Positions 36,918-46,338 of a stretch of 64,000 bases of DNA are shown here, piece by piece. Numbering within the stretch: the stretch's first letter is position 1; each line of letters starts with the position of its first letter. Source of the DNA: Patescibacteria group bacterium (GTDB taxonomy: Bacteria > Patescibacteriota > Microgenomatia > 0-14-0-10-38-17); assembly GCA_050953885.1 (NCBI GenBank), contig JBMNNJ010000001.1, positions 527,437 to 591,436 of the forward strand, read 5' to 3'. A program made the position numbers and the translations under genes. The notes beneath the pieces are model-generated. The model did not search any database. It saw nothing but the letters and a program-made list of their open reading frames with translations, and was not told the origin of the DNA.

Positions 36918-36990
36918 TCCTCGGTAGCTCAGTTGGTAGAGCGTCCGCCTGTTAAGCGGCTGGTCGGAGGTTCGAGTCCTCCCCGAGGAG
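36918..36990 (+). tRNA. tRNA-Asn (anticodon GTT)
   Basis: Acceptor UCCUCGG/CCGAGGA, D-arm GCUC-AGUUGGUA-GAGC, loop CUGUUAA, T-arm GGAGG-UUCGAGU-CCUCC. Confidence 0.8.
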
Positions 36991-37176
36991 CACGGTCTTT
37001 CTTACTCAAAACAGAAAAGCAAGTTTAGTTTATCCTTAAAATACTTCAAAAACCTATTGAAGAGTGTGAGCTTTTATTTTCTCTGGAAAATAGCTCCTAA
37101 AAGTTGTTTTAGGAGAGACGGTAAATACGTTTTTTGTCAAAGCTTCAAAAAAGCAATAGAAAAATAATAGCTTTGT

Positions 37177-38265
37177 TTGGGAAAAATGATACAATATGGT
37201 GGAGATATGGGCAAGAAAGACAAAAGTTCGGCTAAAAACAAGGCCTCTTGGCATTATTTCTGGTTTTGGCTTTTAACATTAGGCTTTTTTTGGCTAATTC
37301 TATTTGCTGTAAAATTTGATTTTTCAGAAAACTCCTCTGGAGCTTGGCTAGTTTTATTTCTCCTAAATATCCTTTTAGGGATAGTTTTCTTCTTAAGATT
37401 TATTGGTAACCTTTTTCAATCTTTTAAAAATAAAGATAAAAAAGAACCCATAAGGTATGGTTTTGCCGCTTTAGCTTTAATAATTTTATTCTTTACTTCT
37501 TTCTATACAGCTTCCCCTATTGCCAAGGCCTACTTCGCCCTGTCAAGTAGCGAAGTTAAGGGAGAACAAACAGCTAATGATCCCGCCAAACTTTCTCAGC
37601 CTGTAGAAGAAGCTAGTAGCGAAAAATCAAAACCCTCGATAAACAACAGTAATAGCGTCAATATCAATACGGTTGAGTGTATTGGCCCTGACGGGAAACA
37701 TTTTGATACAACTCTAGAGGAATGTACAGCCTTAAATGAAAAATGGGGTGAAGAAGTAAATTATATGGTTGATTGCCCAATTCATCAAAGTTGTGGTGGG
37801 GGGACCAAAAGAATGGCTAAAAAAGAGTGTGATAATTCTATTTGTTGTGAGGTTGGCGGAGTTTGGGAGCTGTACCTTTCTAAAACTGCTTGTCAACAGG
37901 CTCAAGATAAATATTGGAAAGATTATTATGATGATCTTTATGGTAAGGAGAGCAAGGAGTGGGAGGAAGAGCTTAATGGGAGATATAGTAATTCATCCAA
38001 TAACGAAAATATCCCCTATTCAGTCCCTCAAAACCCAGTTCCTGCCAACACCCCTATACCAACAGTAAAAGCGGATAATAATTATGCGAACTTAAGATGT
38101 AAAGGAGATGTTCGTCGTTGGCTGGAGACTCAAAAGAGTTTATTACGGCAATATGCGAGAGCGAAGAACATGCTAAATAGTAGCTGGTATGATTATGGAG
38201 TTTTTAGATTGGAAAGGGAAGCAAAAAATAAATTAGACGAATGCGATATTCTCTATCCTGTCTAA
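37177..38265 (+). CDS. membrane protein with extracytoplasmic Cys-rich domain, hypothetical
   Basis: Three or four N-terminal TM helices, then 14 Cys in about 120 aa. Confidence 0.4.
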   Translation: MGKMIQYGGDMGKKDKSSAKNKASWHYFWFWLLTLGFFWLILFAVKFDFSENSSGAWLVLFLLNILLGIVFFLRFIGNLFQSFKNKDKKEPIRYGFAALALIILFFTSFYTASPIAKAYFALSSSEVKGEQTANDPAKLSQPVEEASSEKSKPSINNSNSVNINTVECIGPDGKHFDTTLEECTALNEKWGEEVNYMVDCPIHQSCGGGTKRMAKKECDNSICCEVGGVWELYLSKTACQQAQDKYWKDYYDDLYGKESKEWEEELNGRYSNSSNNENIPYSVPQNPVPANTPIPTVKADNNYANLRCKGDVRRWLETQKSLLRQYARAKNMLNSSWYDYGVFRLEREAKNKLDECDILYPV

Positions 38266-38353
38266 AGGTATTGAGAAAATTGCGATCGTTGTTCCTTATA
38301 ATTTTTAGTAAAATGATTTAAAGTATAGTTGTTGATATTTTTTATAAGCTTTT

Positions 38354-38662
38354 ATGAATAAAGAAATACAGAAAAGAAAACTTTTTTCTAAAAATAAAAA
38401 GACAAATTTGATTTTATTGATAGCGGGTCTGTTGGGGTTTATTAGCGGTGGTGCTGCAATTCAGTTTCCTGGACTAGTTGCGTTGATTGGCGGTGTTGGG
38501 GGATTAATTAAAAACAGGAAAATTGATGAAAAAGACAAAAAAATGCCTTGGGTGGTTTTGGTTTCGATTATTTTATTAGTTGTTGGTGTTATATCTCTCC
38601 TTGTGCTTTTTCTGATTAACCCAATTGAATCAATAGAGAGGTCAAGGCAGTTAGCTAACTAG
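38354..38662 (+). CDS. small membrane protein, hypothetical
   Basis: Two TM helices. Confidence 0.35.
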   Translation: MNKEIQKRKLFSKNKKTNLILLIAGLLGFISGGAAIQFPGLVALIGGVGGLIKNRKIDEKDKKMPWVVLVSIILLVVGVISLLVLFLINPIESIERSRQLAN

Positions 38663-38691
38663 ATTTTTAAGCAGTTAGTTTTCAATATTAG

Positions 38692-38991
38692 ATGAGTCTC
38701 AAAAAGCCTTCAATAATTGCTGGTGTTCTTCTTCTCCTTGCCATTCCCCCTATTTGGCCCTATGGTTATTATATTTTTCTTCGTTGGGTTATTTTTATTA
38801 CTTCAATAATTGTCGCTTGGGGATTCTATAAATCAAAACTAACCGCTTGGACATTTATTTTTGGGGCAATAGCCTTTTTGTTTAATCCAATAGCTCCAAT
38901 TTACTTGACTAAAAGCAACTGGATTACCATAGATTTTGTTTCGTCAATTTTTTTCTTTTTGGCAGCGTATTCAGCAAAGAAAAAAACATGA
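38692..38991 (+). CDS. small membrane protein, hypothetical
   Basis: Three hydrophobic helices; overlaps the next gene by 4 nt. Confidence 0.35.
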   Translation: MSLKKPSIIAGVLLLLAIPPIWPYGYYIFLRWVIFITSIIVAWGFYKSKLTAWTFIFGAIAFLFNPIAPIYLTKSNWITIDFVSSIFFFLAAYSAKKKT

Positions 38992-39980
38992 AAAAACTTT
39001 TATTGGTTTTGCTAGAAATATCTTTAGCCACGTTATGGTTGTTTAACTTCTGTGCAGGAATAGTGGGTGGGGCGTGGCTTTTGCTTTCTGGTGGATGGAA
39101 AATAGTTATTTTGGGGCTACTAATCTCAATTATCATGCCCTGGGCATATACCATAGCCCTTCTCCCAGCTTTCCCAATTACACTACTCTTGGCGAAAGTA
39201 GTTGAGAAAAAAAGTAGATTTTGGGTTTCTATGTTAGGATTTATTGTTGGTAGTTATCAATACCTCATATTGGCATTATGGGCGACGCTTGCTTTTGGGT
39301 GGTTTGTACTTGAATTTGAGGGCGGTTATTCACCTATTGCATTGATTTTATGGGGATACTCGGTTGTTATGGGGCCAATCGGTTACATGGCTTCAAAGGA
39401 AGTTTCTGATTCTACAGGAACTACGCTTGGGGTTCTATTCACCCAAATTTCATATATCACATTAGCAGTCAATTACCTTGTGGGTGGCAGTATAGAACAG
39501 GGCTACTTAATAGTGTGGCTCTTCCTGATTGTTTTTGCAGTGTTAGTTGTGTCGGTTCTTAATTTGGCTTTTCCCAAAAAAGCAGAGATCTCAGAAACCA
39601 CTTTGCCCATCATCGAGGATGGAAGAAAATATCCTACGTATTTTTCTAGATTGTTTAACGGAAGAATTAACAGAACAAGCTTTCTAATTGGAAATATTAT
39701 TATTTATGCGGTGGTTATTGCCCTAGTGTTCGTTTTAAATGAAACATTTTATAACATTGCAGCATATACAATCACGATAGTTTATAGTCTTTCTTTTTAT
39801 ATCAGGAGACTGCATGACTTAGGGAAAAGCGGTTGGTATATGTTGATAGGCCTAATCCCTCTTGCTAATTTAATCTTCTTGTTTTGGTTGCTACTCGCAT
39901 TGGGGCAAAATACTACCAACAAGTTTGGGAAACAGCCCTCAAAAGGAGTCAATATCAAAGAAATTTTAGCATTTGAATAA
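38988..39980 (+). CDS. polytopic membrane protein with C-terminal DUF805 domain
   Basis: 'RRLHDLGKSGWYMLIGLIPLANLIFLFWLLLALGQ' is the DUF805 signature. Confidence 0.5.
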   Translation: MKKLLLVLLEISLATLWLFNFCAGIVGGAWLLLSGGWKIVILGLLISIIMPWAYTIALLPAFPITLLLAKVVEKKSRFWVSMLGFIVGSYQYLILALWATLAFGWFVLEFEGGYSPIALILWGYSVVMGPIGYMASKEVSDSTGTTLGVLFTQISYITLAVNYLVGGSIEQGYLIVWLFLIVFAVLVVSVLNLAFPKKAEISETTLPIIEDGRKYPTYFSRLFNGRINRTSFLIGNIIIYAVVIALVFVLNETFYNIAAYTITIVYSLSFYIRRLHDLGKSGWYMLIGLIPLANLIFLFWLLLALGQNTTNKFGKQPSKGVNIKEILAFE

Positions 39981-40074
39981 TTTATGAACTAAACAATGAA
40001 TAGTGGGGTGGACTAAAAAGCTAGATATAGTTCTTTTTGTCTAAAAAGGTACTCTTTTAACCACTGTCTCATTC

Positions 40075-40290
40075 GAGTATCATCCAAGCGCGGGAGCCAA
40101 GCTTGACGAGAGGCCGAATCGGCTATCTTGTCAAAAGGATTTACCTAGTCAAATCGGACTTTTTGCTCTTTAACTCTAAGCCCTGAAGCACCATCTTCAA
40201 AAGCAGCCGTTTTTCGTGGGCTTCAGAACTTTCAAACACTTTCCCAGCGTTTTCAGCCAGTTTTAGCAGGTAAGATGAGGTTACATAGTA
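40075..40290. repeat. island repeat family R, copy 1
   Basis: 'gacgagaggccgaatcggctatcttgtcaaaaggatttacctagtcaaatcggacttttt...ctctaagccctgaagcaccatcttcaaaagcagccgtttttcgtgggcttcag'. Confidence 0.7.
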
Positions 40291-40500
40291 TTCCTCGTCG
40301 GCAAATTGTAGCTTCTCAATTTTCTTATTGATTGCCTTCTGTTTTGCCCGATACCCTTTTCGTTTTTTCTCTATAGTAGCTCTCAGTAATTTTCCGCTGC
40401 CTGGCGAATTGTTAAAAATTTTGGTAACCCTTTCTTAGCCCTCTGTAGATCTCAATAAAATTATACAAAAAACCAGGGTAAAATGGTATTATCAAAGTGA

Positions 40501-41541
40501 ATGAAAAAACATAATTTTCCTTGCCTTGTTCATGCCACTTTAATCTCTGCCCTTGTTTTGGCTTTATATTCCCTCTGGTTTGTCCTTCTTGACCGCAGGT
40601 TTGTTTTCCTCTATGGACATTTGCATAGCACTCCGTTTGATTTCAGGACTGTCAGTCGCTACTGGATGACTGGTTTGGTAGCAAGCGGTGCAGTTTTAAT
40701 CGCTTGCACAATCGTCAATCTGGTTATCAAAAAAGTGCGTCATGATTATCAACTGCCCGATTGGAAGGTAGTTTGGAAATATACCTGTTTAATTACGGCT
40801 TTACCTGTTTTTATTATCCTCACTTTTGTCGGTAAACCCCCAATACCCGCCTTGCTGTCTCTCTGGACTTTGGTAGTCCTTTTCGCTTCTTTAAGGCTGG
40901 CTTTGTATACCAGTAGCTTTATTGTTAATAACTTTCGCCAGTCAGTTTTTGCTTTCTTTGATGGTTTAGCCTTGATACCGATATTGCAGTTGCTTCCTCT
41001 TTCTTTTGATTATGGTTTGAGGAAAGCATTTCCACCAGTTACAGTAATCGCTCCACTGGTTATTATCTTGGTAGGATTATTTTGGTTGTGGATTATGACT
41101 TTGTTTTACAAGCGCTTCAAGCAGCCCTTTACTTCTTCAATAAATATCTTTCTCTCTGGCTTGGTTTCCACCTACCTTCTTTTGCCGCTTCTGCATTATG
41201 TTAACTCCCGCCCTGGATATATCAGGTATCTTTCCGATAGCGCTAACTTCTTTGCCAACGAAGTTTGGCTTCAGATAACTACTTTCCTGGTGGCTACTGG
41301 TGTTCTTTGGTGGATTGGTAAATGGAGAAAAAACAACGATTTCAATCCTGTCAAAAGCTTGCTGTTTTGGCTAACCCTACTTACTGTTGTCGGCTTCCTA
41401 ATAACGAATGTAACCGCAGGCAAGGAAACAGATATTTGGGTTTGTAAAAATGACCAGTGGGTAAAACAAGGCAACCCACCTTATGAAAAGCCTTTTGATG
41501 AGGAATGTGGGATAATTGATAAAGCATTCGAGGGATTATGA
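40501..41541 (+). CDS. polytopic membrane protein (at least eight TM helices), hypothetical
   Basis: Hydrophobicity pattern only. Confidence 0.4.
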   Translation: MKKHNFPCLVHATLISALVLALYSLWFVLLDRRFVFLYGHLHSTPFDFRTVSRYWMTGLVASGAVLIACTIVNLVIKKVRHDYQLPDWKVVWKYTCLITALPVFIILTFVGKPPIPALLSLWTLVVLFASLRLALYTSSFIVNNFRQSVFAFFDGLALIPILQLLPLSFDYGLRKAFPPVTVIAPLVIILVGLFWLWIMTLFYKRFKQPFTSSINIFLSGLVSTYLLLPLLHYVNSRPGYIRYLSDSANFFANEVWLQITTFLVATGVLWWIGKWRKNNDFNPVKSLLFWLTLLTVVGFLITNVTAGKETDIWVCKNDQWVKQGNPPYEKPFDEECGIIDKAFEGL

Positions 41542-41924
41542 AAATAAATCTTAGTTTCCTAAGCCCCGACCTTTGAACACATTGCTGTCGCTTGTTATAT
41601 TCTCATTGCCCCTTCTTCGAGAAAGAGCCAGGCTGCCAGATGGCGCGATTATTGAGGTTATTTATTACCGCCCAATCTTTCTTTTACCTCTTATTTTTAA
41701 ATGCAGGATTGGTATCCCTTCTTTTTGATGATTGGTTTCTTCCTGGTTATTTACTTTTCCGCCTTCCTGGTTGTGGCTATTCTTCACACACAATTACACA
41801 CCCGATGTGCAACAGATTACTCCTGTTTGGAAGAGAGCAAACAAGTCAAAAGGCTAAAAACCTATTAACTTCCTTGTTTTTAAACTCAGGATATTCGAGG
41901 TAGTTTACTCAGTCTGTTCTTCGA

Positions 41925-42130
41925 AAAACATACCATCGCTAGAGCCAACTTTGACGAGAGGCCGAATCGGCTATCTTGTCAAAGGGGTTTATCCAGTTAT
42001 ATCGGACTTTTTTACCCTTTATCTCTAAGTTCTGAAGTGCCATCTTCAAAAGCAGGCGTTTTCCGCGAACTTCATTCGGCAGGTGTTAAGCTATTCCACC
42101 TGGAAGGTGGAAATCACTTTAGAAAACGGC
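41925..42130. repeat. island repeat family R, copy 2
   Basis: 'gacgagaggccgaatcggctatcttgtcaaaggggtttatccagttatatcggactttttt...ctctaagttctgaagtgccatcttcaaaagcaggcgttttccgcg'. Confidence 0.7.
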
Positions 42131-42230
42131 GGCATGAATTTGGGAGATGAAAACTGGCCAATAAGGTACTATAAAGAAGTGCTGAGTGCCAGTTGAGCAA
42201 AAATTAAAACTCTGTTAACATACAACCAGA

Positions 42231-42809
42231 ATGAAATATATAGAGAAGGAAATAAAGTTTGAGATAAAGGATTTGCCGAAGCTTATTGATTGCTTAAAAA
42301 AGAACGGTGCGAAATTCCTAAATGAATCTAAAGAAAGAACGATCAGGCTAGATACTTCAGACGGCGCTTTGGAAAAAAAGGGCGTATTCCTTCGAGTAAG
42401 AGCGGGAAACAAGAACACAATCACGCTTAAAGAGAAGGTTGGTGATGACAGAGATGTTAGGGCAAGAAAGGAAACGGAATTTGAGATTAAGGATGTGGAT
42501 GCAATGGCATATATCTTAGAAAGATTAGGCTTTGACTATCTTCGGATTATGGAAAAATACAGAATTAATTTGGAATATAAGGGAACAAAGCTATCCATAG
42601 ATGAATTATCTATCGGATTTTACCTCGAAATTGAAGGGCCCGAAAGAAAGATTGAAGCGGTTGCCGAGGAATTGGGCTTTGATCTAAAAGAGAAAATACT
42701 GGTGACGTATTGGGATATTCTTGAAGAGTTTAACAAAAGGGATAAAACAAAAAGGAAAGATATCGTTTTCCCCAAAGAGTACCAGCCCAAACTTTTGGGG
42801 GCATACTGA
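42231..42809 (+). CDS. CYTH-domain protein (CyaB-like class IV adenylyl cyclase / triphosphatase fold)
   Basis: 'EKEIKFEIKD...GVFLRVR...ITLKEKVGDD...EFEIKDVD...LSIDELSIGFYLEIEGPE' alternating acidic beta-strands. Confidence 0.55.
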   Translation: MKYIEKEIKFEIKDLPKLIDCLKKNGAKFLNESKERTIRLDTSDGALEKKGVFLRVRAGNKNTITLKEKVGDDRDVRARKETEFEIKDVDAMAYILERLGFDYLRIMEKYRINLEYKGTKLSIDELSIGFYLEIEGPERKIEAVAEELGFDLKEKILVTYWDILEEFNKRDKTKRKDIVFPKEYQPKLLGAY

Positions 42810-42924
42810 AAGGCTTGTCCACCCGGAAAGTGTCTTAGCTTGACACCTGGAGTATATTTAGTTGTGTTTTATTACCAAGGAGTAAAAATATGCCAAGTGT
42901 GAACCTGGGACACCTGGAAGGTGT

Positions 42925-43060
42925 ATTTACCAACTTTTTGCCATCAAGCCTTAAGCCCTGAAGGAAGTGTCACCTTCAAAAGTAGCCGTTTTTCGTGGAC
43001 TTCAGAACTTTCAAACAACTTACCTGTGTTTTGGGCAAGCTTCAGAAAGTTGGCTTATTC
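42925..43060. repeat. island repeat family R, copy 3 (partial)
   Basis: 'ttaagccctgaaggaagtgtcaccttcaaaagtagccgtttttcgtggacttcagaactttcaaaca'. Confidence 0.65.
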
Positions 43061-43119
43061 ATTTTCTGATTGGTATAATGTCTTCATATAGTTAAACAAA
43101 TTTTGTTTACCGAAAGAAG

Positions 43120-43308
43120 GTGAATAAAATAATGAGTATTCGAAAGGAAGTATTGTCAATGATTCCTAGTGAGGTTATAGGGCCTTCTGGGCAAGAAAGA
43201 TTGGGTCTCGAGCAAATAGGGTTGAAAGAATTATGTTCAAAGACTGACTTTATGAGTACCAAGAGAGGAGGTAGGGAGCCAGGGGTTAGGAAATGGGGAA
43301 GAGGATAA
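43120..43308 (+). CDS. small ORF (62 aa), speculative precursor peptide
   Basis: Preceded by 'gaaggtg' SD-like sequence; directly upstream of the PqqD-like gene; otherwise unsupported. Confidence 0.15.
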   Translation: MNKIMSIRKEVLSMIPSEVIGPSGQERLGLEQIGLKELCSKTDFMSTKRGGREPGVRKWGRG

Positions 43309-43404
43309 GAGAAATTAAAAGAAGATTAAATTAGTGAGTGTGCCATGGTTAACACTTAAGGCGTAAGCTGTTTTAAAGGCAAGTCTTTTAAATTCTTAGT
43401 TAAT

Positions 43405-43677
43405 ATGTATTTTAAATTAAACAAGGACTCAATAATTTTCCTGGATTCTGATGCGCAAGAAGGTTACAAAACAATAGCCTATGACTGGAAGAATGATAAA
43501 ATTTTAGAAATCTCCCCTCCTCTTTATCATATTTTAAAAGCTTTAGATTCTTCAGGATCAGCGACCGAAGAAGATTTAGAAAAATGGATTAACACTTTTT
43601 CCGCTAACGATAATTCTGTAAAAAAAGCGATAGCTGATTTAATTGAGAGAGAGATAATTAACAAGTATGAATACTAA
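43405..43677 (+). CDS. PqqD-like small protein (putative RiPP recognition element)
   Basis: 90 aa; 'IIFLDSDAQEGYKTIAYDWKN...LYHILKAL' resembles the PqqD family; overlaps the next gene by 11 nt. Confidence 0.3.
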   Translation: MYFKLNKDSIIFLDSDAQEGYKTIAYDWKNDKILEISPPLYHILKALDSSGSATEEDLEKWINTFSANDNSVKKAIADLIEREIINKYEY

Positions 43678-45289
43678 TTTTACTTTTACTTTTTCGCCAA
43701 GTACATCCTCGCTTGAACAATTAAGCAAACAGCTTAAAGATGTTATTTTGCCGGCAAAGGTATTTATTGAGAACAAAGAGATGGCTGTCTGGGGCTATTT
43801 TTCAAGCTACAGGCCTGAAATATCTGAAAACAGTTTGGCTGACGAGTTAAAAAAATACGGCTTTGGGCGAATTGCAAACAGCGATTGTGATTATCTTTTG
43901 TTTGTCTGGGACAAACAAACCAAAAAACTAATGGTGGGGCTTGATAATATAATGAGCATTTCATGTTACTTCACTATCTTAGACAACCAAATTGTCTTTT
44001 CTTCAAGTTTTTCGGAAATTAAAAACACCGTCTCTTACCATCAACCATTAATAGCTGACTTGGACGGCTTATTAACATATGTAACAAACGGAATGCATTC
44101 AACGGAACGGACCATCCTTGATTCAGTAAAATCAATTCCTCCTGGAAGCGTGGTTGATTTTGTTTTTGAACCTGGTATCTCGTATCAAATAAGCTCTTGT
44201 GTTGATATTGACGGTTTTCTTAATTCTTTGCCTAAAGACGAATTTAAAGATGAAAAAGAGTTTGCAAAGGCGCTGGAGTTAGTCTTAACGGATGCGGTGG
44301 CGCGCCGTTTGGAAAAAATTCCGCAAGGGACCCATATTGGCTGTGAAATCTCAAGTGGTTTTGACTGCACTTTGGTTGCTTATATCATGGCCAAGCTTAT
44401 TGGTCCGGAGAATTTTTATTGTTATTCGTTTTATTTTCCAGAAGGTTATGGTACAGAAAGTTTGGCAGTTATTCGCAAATTTGCAGATAAACATTCTCTG
44501 CAGTTAAGAGCGGTAGAGCTTAATCCCAAAGAGGGCTATGCACGGGATTATTTCAAACTTTGGGAAAATGATGATCTTTTGCAACTGCGCGCTGATTACT
44601 TCGGCGATTATATAAAATTATTAGAGAAATATACCCCTCGTTTACTTTTTACTGGCCAACACGGGGATGAGACTTATTCTCTTAAGGAATTGCTGTTGAC
44701 CGCAAAATATAATCGCCAGATGAGTTATTTTGATAATGTCTGGTGGTTGAAAAAGGATAACCAGGCTGTGCTTTATACACAAAAGGGCTTGGATTTGCTA
44801 CTTGATAGGGAGAGATTTAATAGCCGAGGAAGGTATCCTGTGTTTTATTCAGACATTAATTTAGCAGAGACAGCCTTGATAGATCAAGTCTATAGGAATT
44901 TTGGAACTCGCGAGGTGTCCCCTTATTTGGATTTGCAGGTGCTGTCGGTGGGAATAAGGCGAGGTTCGAAAAAGAAAGAAATAAAGGATGAGAAACAGCT
45001 CTATTTTCGATATCTTGATCATATATTTATTCCCGAGATGTTTATTCCCAAAAGGGGAGGAACAGAATTCGCTTTGGATTTTCCGAGAAATCAAAAAACT
45101 TTAATATCTTGGGTAATGGAGAATTCTGTTTTAGCCCAATCTGGGTTGATAGATCCTAAAAAGATTATGCAGATGATGGCCAATAAAAATAGCCCCCTTT
45201 ACAAAGACGCGTTTGTGGCTTTAGCTTTCGAATATTTGGTGAGGGCAGATTGGTATTTAATCAAGAACAAAATAAGTCTGCCGATATGA
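43667..45289 (+). CDS. asparagine-synthetase-like (AsnB family) ATP-dependent amidotransferase/cyclase-like protein
   Basis: Degenerate PP-loop 'EISSGFDCTLVAYIM'; N-terminal domain without Cys1 resembles lasso-cyclase-type AsnB homologs; size 540 aa. Confidence 0.4.
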   Translation: MNTNFTFTFSPSTSSLEQLSKQLKDVILPAKVFIENKEMAVWGYFSSYRPEISENSLADELKKYGFGRIANSDCDYLLFVWDKQTKKLMVGLDNIMSISCYFTILDNQIVFSSSFSEIKNTVSYHQPLIADLDGLLTYVTNGMHSTERTILDSVKSIPPGSVVDFVFEPGISYQISSCVDIDGFLNSLPKDEFKDEKEFAKALELVLTDAVARRLEKIPQGTHIGCEISSGFDCTLVAYIMAKLIGPENFYCYSFYFPEGYGTESLAVIRKFADKHSLQLRAVELNPKEGYARDYFKLWENDDLLQLRADYFGDYIKLLEKYTPRLLFTGQHGDETYSLKELLLTAKYNRQMSYFDNVWWLKKDNQAVLYTQKGLDLLLDRERFNSRGRYPVFYSDINLAETALIDQVYRNFGTREVSPYLDLQVLSVGIRRGSKKKEIKDEKQLYFRYLDHIFIPEMFIPKRGGTEFALDFPRNQKTLISWVMENSVLAQSGLIDPKKIMQMMANKNSPLYKDAFVALAFEYLVRADWYLIKNKISLPI

Positions 45290-45895
45290 GGTGTAGACGG
45301 GATTGAAAAGGAGGTTTTTTATCGGGAATACCGAAAATACTCGGCTTTAGAAAGAAAATTAAGAGGAAATAACATTTGTATTAGAGGTTTAAAAATCTAT
45401 CTACCTCTTTGCTTACAAATTCAGGATATTCCAGCTCTTTAGTCTAGTCTGTCCTTCGGAAAACATATTTAGTCCGCCGTAGATTTTAGCTTTAGCGAAG
45501 GAGACCCATTATTCGAGCCTATTGCACACCCCTATCCCACACCTATTGCCCGATGTGCAACAGATACGGCACATCGGCAAGATCAGTTTTCCCAGGTTAA
45601 ATGTTTAATCTTCTCCAACTCTTTCTGATAATTGACTTGATTAAAAATAAATCTCTGGTTAAATTAAAAAACGATTTTCCTATTTATCCCGATGTGCAAG
45701 GGGTAAATCACATCGGGTGCGAAGCAGTGGCGTGAACTTGTAGGGTAGATTTTACCCCCGCTTCGTACTTATTTGGTCAACAGGGGCAAGTTAAATTCTC
45801 CCTAGTAAAATTGTTTAAATTTATGCTAAAATTTAGTTGTTGTTATCAAGAGGCTTTTTAAGAAAGCCGCAAGAATAATTTTTTAAAATAAATAT

Positions 45896-46330
45896 ATGTG
45901 TCCTGTTTGTACCGTGGGCGTGGCGGCGGGGTTGGGTTTATCTCGCTGGCTTAAAGTTGACGATGCCATTTCCGGTCTTTGGATTGGGGCTTTAATTTTG
46001 GCCTTGGCTATTTGGTTTTGGCGATGGCTTTACCAAAAGAAGGCCCAGAAACCGTTTAGCGCCCTCTTGCTTTTGGTGGTGGCTTTTTGGCTTTTAACTT
46101 TTCTTCCCCTTAATTATGCCGGCATTCTTGAGGACTGCCGCCCTCTTTGGGGGATGAATCGCTTAATTTTAAGTTCAATTATTGGCGTGTTGGTGGCGCT
46201 CTTGGGCATTTTGCTTGATAAAGATATTAGAGCCGGCAAAAAAGGCAAGGCGGCCTTCCCTTACCAAAAAGTGGTTTTGCCCCTTACCCTTCTTCTTTTG
46301 GCCAGCTTGATGATGGCCTTAGTTTCTTAA
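45896..46330 (+). CDS. membrane protein, hypothetical (four TM helices)
   Basis: Hydrophobicity pattern; N-terminal CPVC. Confidence 0.35.
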   Translation: MCPVCTVGVAAGLGLSRWLKVDDAISGLWIGALILALAIWFWRWLYQKKAQKPFSALLLLVVAFWLLTFLPLNYAGILEDCRPLWGMNRLILSSIIGVLVALLGILLDKDIRAGKKGKAAFPYQKVVLPLTLLLLASLMMALVS

Positions 46331-46338
46331 TTAAAACG

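Larger units (their letters stand above)
36540..45850. other. putative genomic island next to tRNA-Asn (AT-richer by eye, devoid of the mosaic repeats, carrying its own repeat family)
   Basis: Judged by eye from compositional shift, tRNA adjacency, GIY-YIG plus duplicated tRNA half, and a private repeat family; the boundaries are approximate. Confidence 0.35.

Noticed and set aside
36586-36990. Group I intron with a GIY-YIG homing endonuclease inside tRNA-Asn
   Set aside because: The downstream tRNA-Asn is complete and contiguous. The upstream piece is a degenerate duplicate of the 5' half, not exon 1.
41592-41903. 103-aa ORF
   Set aside because: It spans repeat motifs ('cccgatgtgcaacagat', 'aactcaggatattcgag'). 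There is no start context and it is Cys/Leu-rich nonsense. Likely non-coding.
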